A stretch of 64,000 nt of DNA, taken from positions 1,302,001 to 1,366,000 of the forward strand of contig CP075494.1 of assembly GCA_021613535.1 (NCBI GenBank), written 5' to 3'. The notes under the pieces are model-generated. The model was not told the origin of the DNA. It made no database searches and worked only from the letters and a program-made list of their open reading frames with translations. The position numbers and the translations under genes were made by a program. Source of the DNA: Adineta vaga. Lineage: Eukaryota; Animalia; Rotifera. This document shows, piece by piece, positions 24,135-36,421 of the stretch. Position 1 is the stretch's first letter, and each line of letters starts with the position of its first letter.

Positions 24135-27100
24135 CTTGGGGCTAGGTTGAATGCTACCAAGCGGGTCCACAGGCTGCGGATAGTGGAACGGCCATTAGTA
24201 TGATGGTTAGCTGCGAATAAGAACAAACAATTGTTCAAATAAGCAGTCCCGGACAATCCAGACTTCTTGTCAGCAGGGTGTAGTGGGGTTTTGGATGGCA
24301 CCAAAACACTTATGAAATGCTAAAGAAACCCAAAGACGACAAGATACCACGGCGAACAAAGGCCGCCAGAAGCAAGGTTCCTCTCGAACTAAGTTTCAAA
24401 AGCCTTAGCCAAGGCAGGTGAAGCTCTCTAACCTTGATCGGTAGTTCACCTAGGAGAAGGAAAACTCTGATTCCAAACCAAGGGCAGATGAGGCTCATAG
24501 CCGAGATAGGCAACTCATCTTGGAGAAGGAAATGGCAACCTACTCCAGTATTTTGCCAAGAAAACTTACATGGACAATTACAACCAAAGCAATCTCAACA
24601 TAGTACCGGAAGATGAGCCCCTCAGGTTGGAAGGTACCCAAGAAGCTACTGGGGAAGAGCAAAGTACAAGTACGAGTAGCCGTGGAATTGATGATGTGGC
24701 TGGATCAAAGCCGACAGGACGTCCAGCTGCTGATGTGTCCCGAAACGAAAGGAAAGTGCGATGCTGAAAAGAATTACATACAATAGGAACATGGAATGTT
24801 CGAACAATGAATCAAGGCAAACTTGACGTGGTTAAAGCAGAAATGTCCAGATTGAACATCAACATTTTAGGAACCAGCGAAATAAAATGGACTGGTATGG
24901 GTCACTTCACGTCAGATGAACATCAAGTATATTACTGTGGACGTGAAACTCAAAGAAGAAATGGTGTAGCCATCATTGTGAATAAAGTATGGTCTCAGTC
25001 GGTGCTCGGATACAACTCAAAAAATGGCAGAATGATATTAATTCGATTTCAAGGCAAACCACTCAACATCACGGTGATTCAAGTCTATGGACCAACTACA
25101 GAGGCAAAGGAAAACGAAATAGAACGATTCTATGCCGATCTACAACAGCTCTTAGATGCAGCACCAAATAAAGACGTCATAGTTATTATGGGGGACTGGA
25201 ACGCTAAAGTTGGAAGCATCACAACACCTGAAATAACTGGAAAATTCGGACTTGGTGTGCGGAATGAAGCAGGAGATAGATTAGTGGACTTCTGCCAGAA
25301 CAACTCAATGTTCATTGCAAATACTTTCTTCCAACAACCTAAACGGCGGTTATACACATGGACATCGCCGGGCGGACAATACAGGAACCAAATTGATTAC
25401 ATACTTTGCAATCAAAGATGGAGAGGCTCCATACAACTGTCAAAAACAAGGCCTGGTGCCGACTGCGGCACCGATCACGAACTTCTCCTTGCAAAAATCC
25501 AGATAAAATTAAAGAAAACAAGAAAAGTCATCAAACAACCAAAATATGATTTTGGTAACATCCCATACGAATACACAGTGAACATTAAGAACAGATTTGA
25601 TGGCTTGGATTTGGTAGACAAAATGCCCGAAGAACTTTGGACTGAAATCAGGGATATCATCAAAGATGAAGCAACAAAAAATATCCCGTACAGCAGAAAA
25701 CAAAAGAAGGCGAAGTGGCTGTCTGCTGATACGTTAAAAGTGGCGGAAGAAGGACGCAAAGCAAAAAGTAACAACGATGGGATAAAATTTTCCACGTTGA
25801 ACGCCAAGTTTCAGAGAATGGCAAGAAAAGATAAGGATAAATATATGAACCAACAATGCAAGGAAATTGAAGAATATAACCGGAAGGGAAAAACTAGAGA
25901 TCTCTTCAAGAAAATTAAAAATATCAAAGGAAACATCCAAGCTAAATGGAGTACAATAAAAGATAAACACGAAAACGATCTGACCGAAAAAGAAGATATA
26001 AAAAAGAGATGGCAAGAACATACCGAAGAACTATACATGAAAGATCCCAGCATTACAGACACATTCGATAATACGGTCACAGAACTGGAGCCAGACATTC
26101 TGGAAAGTAAAATCAAATGGGCGTTAGACAACATTGCTAAAAACAAGGCTCCTGGGGTCGACGAACTATCAATTGAATTATTCAAAGTCCTGGAAGATGA
26201 TGCAGCTAAAGTAATACTACCGCTTTGTCAATTAATATGGAGATCAAAAAAGTGGCCAAAAGATTGGAAAAGAACAATTTATATACCAATACCAAAAAAA
26301 GGTAACGCTAAAGAATGTTCAAACTACCGAACCATTGCACTTATTTCACATGCCAGCAAAATAATACTCAAGGTATTACAAGCAAGAATTCAGCAATACA
26401 TGGAACGTGAACTACCAGATGTACAAGCCGGATTTAGAAAAGGCAGAGGTACTCGAGACCAAATTGCAAATATTCGTTGGGTAATGGAAAAAACAAGAGA
26501 ATTTCAAAAAGACACATACTTCTGTTTCATTGATTATACTAAAGCCTTTGACTGTGTTGATCATAACAAACCGTGGACAACACTTCACAACATGGGTGTA
26601 CCGAACCATCTCATTTGCCTACTCCAAAACTTGTACGACGACCAAGAGGCTACTGTTAGAACCGAATAAGGACTAACTGAATGGTTCAAAATTGGGAAAG
26701 GAGTACATCAAGGATGTATATTATCACCTTACCTATTTAACTTGTATGCAGAGTACATCATGCGAAATCCAGGATTAGAAGAAACAGAAATGGGAATCAA
26801 AATTGTTGGAAGAAACAGTAACAACCTCAGGTATGCAGACGATACCACTTTAATGGCTGAAAATGAAGATGACTTGAAAAACCTCTTGTTAAAAGTTGAG
26901 GAAGAAAGCGCAAAAGCTGGTTTACTACTCAACATAAAGAAGCCCAAGATTATGTCAACTGGTACTATAAATGGAATTAGTATAGATGGTGAAGAAATCG
27001 AAGTTGTAACAGACTTTATATTCCTTGGTTCAAAAATCACCACGGATGGTAACTGTACTCATGAAATCAAAAGGCGATTGCTTCTTGGAAGAAAGGCTAT

Positions 27101-27611
27101 AGCAAACCTAGACAAGATAATAAAGGGTAGAGACATTACACTGGCAACAAAGATACGTGTTGTCAAGGCTATGGTATTCCCAGTTGTAACATATGGCAGT
27201 GAAAGCTGGACTATCAAAAAAGCTGATCGTAGATCAATTGATGCTTTTGAATTGTGGTGTTGGAGGAAACTGCTAAGAATACCTTGGACCGCGAGAAAAA
27301 CAAACCACTCAATACTGGAAGAGGTGAAACAAGATATCTCAATGGAAGCATTAATATTGAAGTTGAAGCTCAAATATTTTGGACACATAATGCGAAGACA
27401 AGAATCATTGGAGAAAACATTAATGCTTGGAAAAATTGAAGGCAGCCGTGAACGAGGTCGACAAAAGACAAGGTGGCTCGACACTATCACTGAAGTCATG
27501 GAAAAGAGAATTCAAGAACTCAAAGAGATGGTCAACGACAGAGAAGAATGGCGTGCAAATGTCCATCAAGTCGCGAAGAGTCGGAACCGACTGAACGACT
27601 AAACAACAACA
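24135..27611 (+). mobile_element. Full-length RTE-clade (BovB-like) non-LTR retrotransposon
   Basis: 11-bp TSD AGACGGATTCA (24124-34, 27612-22), (CAA)n tail, single EN-RT frame, GGAGAAGGAAATGGCAACC.ACTCCAGTATT motif in the 5' region. Confidence 0.95.
24570..27602 (+). pseudogene. RTE APE endonuclease-reverse transcriptase ORF (~1010 aa) with two in-frame stops (24765-67, 26667-69)
   Basis: GTWNVRTMNQGKL, GDWNAKVG, QIDYIL, TDH (APE); NYRTIAL, QAGFR, FIDYTKAFD, QGCILSP, YADD (RT); the three ORF pieces share one frame. Confidence 0.93.
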
Positions 27612-27697
27612 AGACGGATTCAATTTTGAGACCACTTCAATTTGGAGAAGGGTGCGGGTGAGTGTAGGTTAGTGTGAATGTAAATACAAGAAACCCA

Positions 27698-27999
27698 CAC
27701 ACTTCCCATTGTTAATAGCAAGCAGTCCCAGGGCATCACAAATGATGGACACCACACTTCCCTCTGTTAATAGCAAGCAGTCCCAGGGCATCACAAATGA
27801 TGGACACCACACTTCCCTCTGTTAATAGCAAGCAGTCCCAGGGCATCACAAATGATGGACACCACACTTCCCTCTGTTAATAGCAAGCAGTCCCAGGGCA
27901 TCACAAATGATGGACACCACACTTCCCTCTGTTAATAGCAAGCAGTCCCAGGGCATCACAAATGATGGACACCACACTTCCCTCTGTTAATAGCAAGCA
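27698..27999. repeat. Minisatellite, 55-bp unit, ~5.5 nearly identical copies
   Basis: Unit CCACACTTCCCTCTGTTAATAGCAAGCAGTCCCAGGGCATCACAAATGATGGACA repeated with period 55. Confidence 0.95.
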
Positions 28000-28524
28000 T
28001 CTTAGAGTGTTACTTGTACATTTTGCTAGTTGTGAACTGTTAATATTCTGAAATTGTTACTGCTAACCTGATACAGTTCGGATTTTTAATGATTTAGATC
28101 CGAGGTTTACAAATGATCATCGCAAGAATAGAATGTTTTGTTTTTAGACCAGATCCTCACAAAATTCGCTACTTGTTTTGCTTTGAGGATTTTGTGGAAA
28201 CTACTTTTAAAATGATGTTCAAGATGGTAGTCGTTAAAATATATGTTGGTGATTGGATTATCAACTTGGCAATGAATTATGTTCGTCGTACAACATGGTG
28301 TGCGACTGGTGCATTGAGAACGATGACATTTTCGAATATTCTGCAATGATCGTTTTGATCTCAATACTAAAATGAAATTTATAGATGAGTGTTACGCTCA
28401 ACGATAGTGAATGTGATCATAGCACGAGCGAGAGAATTTCTCATTTCAATCGTGCGTTTTTGAAAAACTGAATCTCCATTGGACAAACGGTATAAATCAT
28501 AGGTAGAAGTGTATGATTGCACTT

Positions 28525-31266
28525 CACTCTAAAAAAAAGGTATCATACGGAACTTTATGGGTTTAATAGTCGTCTACGAAATGAGTTTAAGTTCCGAAGA
28601 ATAAAAATGGCTTCGTCACTATTCGACGGAAGTTCGGAAGTCAAACATCGAAACCTTCACGAAGTTCCGCGCAACTTGTACTGAACTTTATTAGTTTAGA
28701 ATCTTTGATACAAAACCATTGATAGTTCCGTAAAGCATTTTGAGGTTTCGTATAAACTTCACGGAACCGTTCGTCGTTTCGTAGTTGCTAAAATAGTTTC
28801 GCGCATCTTCTACGAAACCATGACTGGTTACGTAAAACTATACTGAACTATTATATTATTTTCGAAACTAAAACGGTTTCGCACTGTGTATACTGAACCC
28901 TTCGAAACTTTACGAAACTCGGTGTGGTTTGGTAAGAAGCATACCAAACCTCCAAAAGATCTATCAACCGATCAAAAGTTTCGTAAAATTCATGCTGAAC
29001 CAATAAGTAATGCACGGAACTGTTTCTGGTTGCGTAAACTTCATACCGAACTCTTAGATCATTTACCGCACTGCTCATGGATTCGTAAAGAGCACATCGA
29101 ACCATCATCAGATTTACTAAACTTTTCCGGATTTTGTAGAATGAATACTGAAGCTTCAAACCAGTTACAGAACTCTTCAAGGTTTTGGGCAATGAATAAT
29201 GAACCTTCCAAACACATATAGAACTCGCCAGGGTTTCGAAAAAACTATACGGAACCTTCCAACAACTTACAGATCCTGCCAAGGTTTCGCGAAATGAACA
29301 ACGAACCTCACAACCACTTACAGAACCTTACAAGGTTTCGCGCATTGAATGCCGAATCTTCCAACTACTTGTGCAACTCTTCCTGGTTTCTTATAGTGTA
29401 TACCGAACCTTCAGACCGCTCAAGAAACTGTGTGGTTCAGACAGTATCTACCGAATCCTGTTCAGTAATACGAAACTCATTATGCTGCCGTATGAGTCAT
29501 ACGAAATCTATAGGCGATATCAGAAATCCTTCGGAGTGTAAAATAAGTGATAACTCTGAAGAACGCAGGTAGTCTGAACTTGTATTGACTATGAGGTAAG
29601 AAATCATCTATATCATCAATGATCATCATTGAGTGACTAGCCCTTTTTAAAATAGACCGTCCGTCAGAAGTTTTTCGATATTATCAACGACTTTTATTCA
29701 ACTACTAGTCAATATTCATGTAGATCGTCCGCCAGTAAGTTTTGTATCTTGTCGTCGAGTATCACTGGGATCAAAAATGTGATAGAATATTTTTGTTGTA
29801 CTGTGATTTGAATAAGGTATGTAATGTTGGTTTTAAGTGGATGAACCTGTTTTCTTTTTATCACCTTTTCTATTTCTGTTCTATAATAGTTGGCAGTTCA
29901 TGCTCTAACGACGAATGGACTAGCTAGCTATACGATTCCCTCGTTACCCCATCAGAGATAAAGTAAATATGTATATCTAGAAATTGTGTTTTTAAATCAA
30001 TTTTTCAATTTCTTTTGTAGACCAAAGGCTATTCCGGATTTCTTAGTTAGTTTCTTTGTTCATATAAATATTTGTATTTGTGTTTTACGATTGCGTTACA
30101 ACTTTATTAAGATTCAAACACATTTGCAGAAATATATCAGTGGCCCTTATGTTTGGATCAAAACTGAACGTTGCTGTGTAAGTATAAGTTTATTATTCAA
30201 GGAACTTAGTTCTTGTATTGAACATATGTGGATAGTTAGTCTAAGCAGTATTTTTGATGAGACACTTTCGAAGGACGTGCTGCGAAGTGAGAAATCATCT
30301 TCAAGTCGAGCTGCTGCGTATAACATAGATCTCGATAAGATAGCACGAATCTGCTATGATGCCCTTGGTCAGGTCTTCTGCCTGAAGTTGTTCTTATACG
30401 ACTATACTTTTACTTGAATGCTCAGAAAAAACCGTATACAGCTGCGAACTTGATTTTGAGCATGAGTGCTGCATATCAGATAGGTCTGAATAAAGCATAC
30501 AAAACTTCAAAAGAGCAAGCACAGACAAATTTTTATTCGAAAACTTAATGCGAATCTCTGTTTATATATGATCGTAAATATCATTAAACTCAAAGGAACT
30601 GACTGAAGTTTTCGAATAAAAATGTGTCCGTGCTTGCTCTTTTGATGTTTTGTATGCTTTATTCAGACCTATCTGATATGCAGCACTCATGCTCAAAATC
30701 AAGTTCGCAGCTGTATACGGTTTCTTCTTAGCATTCAAGTAAAAGTATAGTCACATAAGAACAACTTCAGGCAGAAGACCTGACCAAGGGCATCATAGCA
30801 GATTCGTGTTATCTTATCGAGATCTATGTTATACGCAGGAGCTCGACTCGAAGATGATTTCTTACTTCCTAGCATGCTTTTAGTGGACAGGAAAGAAAGC
30901 AAGATTTTCTGGAAAACCATCTCGACGAATCCTTTATTTCGATATTGCTAAAAGTAGTATTGTACGAAACTATTTGTACCGAACCTTTTCATCATGATAG
31001 TTGTGAAGGTTTTGTACTGAACCTTCAATACGAAACCTTCTTAAATTTTTCCTAGAAAGGTTCGGCACTGAACTATCACTTCAAAACCTTTCATTTTTTT
31101 TCCGGTAAAAGTTTCGTACGGAACCTTGTGTACGGAACCATTTTTGTCAGAATTTAGATAAAAGTTTCATACGAAACCTTCATCTCACGAAACCAAGTGA
31201 GGTTTGGAGCGTGTACTCGCGGTCAGATCTTTTATAGGTTTGGTATAAACCCTTTTTTTAAGAGTG
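28525..31266. mobile_element. Non-autonomous CACT-ended (CMC-like) element with degenerate GAAC/GAAAC subterminal arrays
   Basis: Termini CACTCTAAAAAAAAGG / CCCTTTTTTTAAGAGTG; long cgaaac/gaacc/ggttc-rich arrays at 28540-29530 and 30950-31250; no credible ORF. Confidence 0.7.
30278..30873. repeat. Large foldback inverted repeat (~270-bp arms, ~58-bp spacer)
   Basis: 30278-30547 is the near-exact reverse complement of 30606-30873; mirrored ORF peptides (AYNIDLDKI.RICYDALGQVFCLKLFL) appear on both strands. Confidence 0.92.
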
Positions 31267-32119
31267 TGATTGAAATGTTACTCGCACTTCAATCATTAAT
31301 CTAATTCATGTAGGCTCCCCTTATTCCCCCAAACTCTCAACCCCGTCAAAGGTCTCAGTATGTTAAGCCAATTAACAAGCTGAAGGCGACAAAACGGTGT
31401 ATATAAGATATGAGGGTACAGGCAAAAAATAAAGATACAGAGTAGAAATCGAAGTCTAAGAAGACCTGAATTGTTTGTGTCAACTGCTATTAATAGTTGT
31501 ATTGAAGTTCTTAAAGCTGTTTTCACGATTAACAAAGGTCAATGGCGAAGTTCTCTCAATTCGACCAATATCTGTATAAAAGTAGACCAACCCTGTTTTC
31601 CATATTCGATTTCAAATATGAATAAATGCGGAAACTTCGGATTTTATCCGAATGTTATGAGTACTGCAAAAAGTATATCAGATAGAACACATAACCAAGT
31701 CATAACGAAATACCACTATTTCCAATAACTCACGAATCGTTCGGCTGATCAGGCGCTTCTTCAAACTCAAGTGAGGTATCATTGTCGCAATACTCCGTAG
31801 AAAATTTCATCAGAACTGTACCAATACTTCAGGAATTATCGTGTCTATGAACTGATGAGCAGCCGTACTAAACTGTTCAAGCAGTGTACTCAGTTTTCAT
31901 CATATGAAATAAATTACCTGGTTTATGCATATACTACCTATTTTCATCTTGTATGTTACCATAAAACTTTACATAGGTCAACTTCTTATCTTTACTATTG
32001 TGCCAACACTTTATGGACGTTTCTGTAGACCTAGGAAACCACCTGAGAAACTATGGTGACGTTATCTACGTGTAACATCTTGACTGACACTTCACCCAGG
32101 TTAACCTCGCCCTCATCGT

Positions 32120-32251
32120 TAGGGGTGGACCATTTAATTTAACGCCCGTTAATTAACTGATAAATGTGTTGATTAACAACTTCATTAACGGGTGTTAATT
32201 AACGAATTCCGTTAACGTTTATTTTAAATAAACGTAAATGTCCCACCCCTA
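32120..32251. mobile_element. hAT MITE (132 bp)
   Basis: TIR TAGGGGTGGACCATTT / AAATGTCCCACCCCTA; perfect 8-bp TSD CTCATCGT; internal TTAAC motifs. Confidence 0.9.
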
Positions 32252-32489
32252 CTCATCGTCATCCACACTTCTTCTTCATGTTCCAACAAGTTCTCGACGT
32301 TATTTCGTGCCTAGGAAATCACCATATAAAGTTTGGAGATTTTACCCATCATAAAACCACTTGGGTGAAATTTCACCCAGATCATTTATATCACCCACAT
32401 TTACTCTCAGGACTTGAGGACACAAAGGTAATGCACATGAAGCCCAACAGACCGAGATATCCAGTAAAAATGACGAAAAAAACTTTTTG

Positions 32490-32725
32490 CAAAAAATCCC
32501 CGTACTCCTCGGCAGGGATGGTGTGGCCAGTTTTCAGTATTGTTACGAGAACTCAAGCAATTCTTGGCTGATCGGTCTCATCTTCGAACTCGACTGAGAT
32601 ATTACTGAGGCTAAACTGTGTGGAAAATTTCAGCTCAATCGGACTCTCCTTTCGAAAGTTATCGGATAAACGGACGGACACACTGACCGATTTTAGTAGT
32701 GTACTCACTTTTTGAGTACACAACA
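32490..32725 (+). mobile_element. Helentron-associated (HINE/DINE-like) 3' end fragment
   Basis: AAATTTCAGCTCAATCGG...AAGTTATCG, GGAC/GACA microsatellite, then terminal hairpin GTGTACTCA-ctttt-TGAGTACAC before an A-rich end; 5' boundary uncertain. Confidence 0.5.
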
Positions 32726-33867
32726 AACATAGACTTACTTTTTTGGAGGTCGGAACCGTCGTCCAAGGATGTGTCAGCAAGCAAAAATATTCGAGCATAG
32801 TATCATGTAAATTTTCTTATCGACCTATCTTACATTATGTTGAATTGAAAGCACTCTTAAAATATTTACCTGCATCAATAAGGTTAACAGAATAGCTGAA
32901 ACGGATTTTTGCATTGTTAATTTCAGTGTATTTTTTTAACTTTCAGCTGATACTCAATAGCTATTGTCGACGTTGTGAATATTGTATTTAACGAAAATAC
33001 AGCGTCGTGAAATATTGATCGTATGATAAAACGTATTCGTGATATCTTTTCATATGTATAAAGAGAATATAAAAATTATTGAAGCATAGCTGCAGAACGA
33101 ACAAACGAAAACGCATTTTTCCTTGTTTTTTTTTCTTTACCGTTGTATCACGTGATAGAAGTTAGCAGCGGATTCGAGTATTTCCCGCTGAAATTCGTTT
33201 AGGTATTTGGGATGGGTCTGATAATTCTGGGATGGATAGAGTTCATCATTCTTCATCGAATGGTGCCACACGAGAGGGGGGTCTATCACCAAAAACCAGG
33301 GTTTTCAGCCAAAATACTGTGAAAATAGGTGGTTTTACTCAGTAATCCTTTGAGGATATTTATAATATTCATTTTAATATGGATATTCGTAATCTTCTGT
33401 TATCGTTTTTTTATTGTTTGGACTCTGATCATGTTTGATAAGACGTGAATCTTACGATGAGCTTTGTTTGTGATGATCAGCTATATATTTTATTCTATAA
33501 TATTTTTCTCCTTTTATATCGATGCTCTCAGCTCTTCCCTTGAGTGAGCATGGCACTCATCGGAGAAAAACGAGAGAAAGAGAAACAAAGAGACGGAGGG
33601 AAAGATAACAACCATGGATATATCCCATGTGAAGATATATATTCAATGAGAGGAATACTAGATGAATTGAAATATGTGTATATCTTGTTACTATGAAGAA
33701 TTTCTAAAATTCAAGGAAATAATATACAATATGTAGTAGAAGACGGCGTCTATACTTGATCGTTTGTCCACTAGACTATGTTAGACAAGAGTTGCTTTAT
33801 TTATTTATTTATTAACAGAAAAGATAATTACAACAATGAAGAATGATTTTTTAATGTTTCAGAAAGT

Positions 33868-34650
33868 TCAACTTTCTAGACGCGTAGCAAACGCATTTAC
33901 AAGATCATCTAGATTTTTCTCCAGTCGTTCTATATGTTTCAACAGCGAACGCTTAGTCCATCGAACGAAAAGTGAAATAAATGATGCAAAAATAAGAAAA
34001 ATTGCGAATAAACCGATTTCACCGAATTCTGTAATTAGAGTTTTGATGGTTAATCTATTTTCTTTCAAGTCATCAAGAATAGTTTTGAAAGAATTTTTAA
34101 TTATTGACTGATGCGTGGAAAACAATTGTTTATTCATATTTTTAAGAGATCATGGAATAGTTTGTAGTTGTACATATTGTTCTGTATCTGACGATTTAAT
34201 TAAAACATTTCGATCAGTACAACTGGACGAAGTTAATTTAATACCAGAACAGCTCAATGTATTTCCACATGGTAGACGTAAGATAGATGGTTCATTGATT
34301 ATCGTAAAGCCGTTATATAGCCCAACATCTGTTTGTAATTGACAATACATTGGTTGTCTGTCATGAGAAAAAAGCCAAACGTTATTATCGAAGTTAATAA
34401 AATCGGTTTCCTTATGATGGGAACGTGTTATTTCACATGAAGTGACAACCTGTTTATTATCATTTAACAGTTCTGATAAACAAGGTAAATCATTCAGTCG
34501 AATGAACGGCAATTTCTTTGAACAATAAATGAAAATTGAAAATAGACATTCATTCTTGTTTGTAATATCAGTCCATGTCATAACTGATTGATTTAGTGTA
34601 TTAACAGCGATAATATTAGGTATATTAGAATAGATGAATAGGATATGCTG
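33868..34650 (-). pseudogene. Env-like / viral fusion-protein-like C-terminal fragment
   Basis: ORFs 34581-34150 and 34137-33868 are one frame split by a TGA; Cys-rich ectodomain, heptad-like segment, TM (IGLFAIFLIFASFISLFV), coiled-coil tail. Confidence 0.55.
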
Positions 34651-34789
34651 AATTAGTCACACATTTCATTGTTTTATAATTTAATTCTTTATCAAACAAT
34701 GTTGTCTTATCAGTCGACTGTTTACATACTGATTGAATTCTTTTTATTGATTCATCATATATAATTTTTAATTTGTATTATTCTCAATG

Positions 34790-35363
34790 TAGGAGAGTCA
34801 ATCGTGAATTCATGAATTTCATACCGAATTTTGCCAGCACACGAGAACATCAATGTCGAATAGATCTCGGTCGTTTTAAACCTCGAAAATATCCAGCAGA
34901 ATATTCAGTTGACGACAAATTTCCTGTTGTGGATGTAGAGACAAATGTAACTAGTATGGAGTAAGTGCCAATCTTACCCATTTTCATGTAAACATTATTG
35001 AGTTTTAGAAAGCATTATATATGTGAAGCTACTCGAATAGTAGACAAAGCAAAATTTATACACAAAGCACCGTTTGTTATTGTTGATGTTGGGAAAAATT
35101 CTGCATCCATGACAGAATTACCAGACCCTCTTTATATTGGTGAATATACATAAGTTCACAACATTTGCAGACCTCATTCATTTTGCATAATATTTAGCTA
35201 TAATCTGTCTGCCGGTATCAACAACACAAATCAACATTTCACGGCAATTATCAAAGCACAGGGTGGTACTTATTATCATTTCGATGATACAAATCGTTTG
35301 GGATGTGTCATTCATGATGGTCGCATGCTCGTTGAATTGGCACTATATGTATTGCAATTATAA
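34790..35363 (+). pseudogene. Spliced fragment ending in a USP-like (peptidase C19) His-box
   Basis: Last exon after TTTAG(35197): YNLSAGINNTNQHFTAIIKAQGGTYYHFDD...LALYVLQL*; upstream pieces frameshifted. Confidence 0.4.
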
Positions 35364-35940
35364 TCAACACGTTTTTGAGGCGAAACAAATTAAGGAATCA
35401 ATGGGATATATGATGAATCGTATTTTCTCTTAATTTAATGATATATATCAACTTTTCTTGTATTACATATGATGTCTATATTCTTTTCTCTTCCTTCACT
35501 CAACCCGATTTATATATGTCGATATCTTTTCTTTTCTCTGCATTCTATCCGATCGGTCGTTATTCATTTAAACAAGTCTCTTCATATTCCACTCTGTTCT
35601 TGATTAAACTCATTCATTTGAACACATGATATCCCTAACCACAACCTATATGTTCATCGCATATCAATTATATCTACATTTTCTTTGCATTCATTGTTGA
35701 AGATTAACAGATGAGTTTCATAACATCTATTCTTCCAATCCGATCTATATAATAACTCGAATATTTTGACAACCTGTATGAACATGTAACAAAGCTATTA
35801 TACAAACAGTTGCCATATGATCCTTTAAATAGTCTATTTCAGCAAAAATTCTATTTTTCTAATCTACCTCATGAAAAGTATAGAACATATGGCATCTACA
35901 ATTATTCAAACGTGCAAAATTATATTGAAACTGATTTTCA

Positions 35941-36019
35941 AGGATGGGTGGGTGTGGGTGAAGAAAAGAGTATTACCCACACTCACACCCACCCACACCC
36001 ACACCCACACCCACACCCT
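35941..36019. repeat. Telomere-like (TGTGGG/CCCACA) hairpin repeat, longest copy of a dispersed family
   Basis: GGGTGGGTGTGGGTG-aagaaaagagtatta-(CCCACA)n; related copies at ~6563, 21472, 27649, 41449, 44363, 51017, 61795, 63810. Confidence 0.75.
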
Positions 36020-36421
36020 ACTTCGGTTTATTTCATCTACTATGGGGATAATTATTTATTTGTGTATTCAAAGAAAACAATATGTGTTAATCGTTGTGAA
36101 AATCCTTATCATTAAAAGTTACGTTTTTTTGTAAAATAAACGTATAAAAAAGAATGAATCGGCAGAACAAGAAAATTTTATTTCTCATACATTTCCTCTA
36201 CAGGTTTCTTTTGTATAGTTATTGCGTCAAGGGATTTCTGGATTATTCCATTATTCTTTCCTCTTCGGAACATTGAAAAACATCAGTCAACATCATGAAT
36301 CATTTGTTATTGTAAAGAAAATGTAAATTTCCATGTGAAATTGATCAACCTTATATAAGCAGAACAGAAAAGGCACATTTTATTTCATAATTCAAAAATT
36401 CTTCTCGTCACAACGTTGAAA

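Noticed and set aside
24484-24506. Hammerhead ribozyme (CAGATGA-GGCT cat AGCC-GAGA)
   Set aside because: Both core boxes deviate from CUGAUGA and GAAA, and no stem I/III with an NUH site was found.
24765-26669. Programmed readthrough of the RTE stops
   Set aside because: Both are single-base changes from expected Cys/Tyr codons inside conserved domains; decay is the simpler explanation.
25130-27635. Antisense ORFs over the RTE
   Set aside because: Shadow ORFs of an A-rich coding strand.
27698-27999. CRISPR-like array
   Set aside because: Units are contiguous and identical with no unique spacers; eukaryotic context and no cas genes.
28851-29572. Short ORFs in the GAAC-rich region
   Set aside because: By-products of degenerate subterminal repeats; no domain-like features.
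29986-30920. Duplicated small protein gene on both strands
   Set aside because: The shared peptide simply reflects the foldback inverted repeat.
35941-36019. True chromosome end, or HP/TH-repeat protein
   Set aside because: Only a few units, internal, with an inverted partner arm; the peptide repeats are translations of the DNA repeat.
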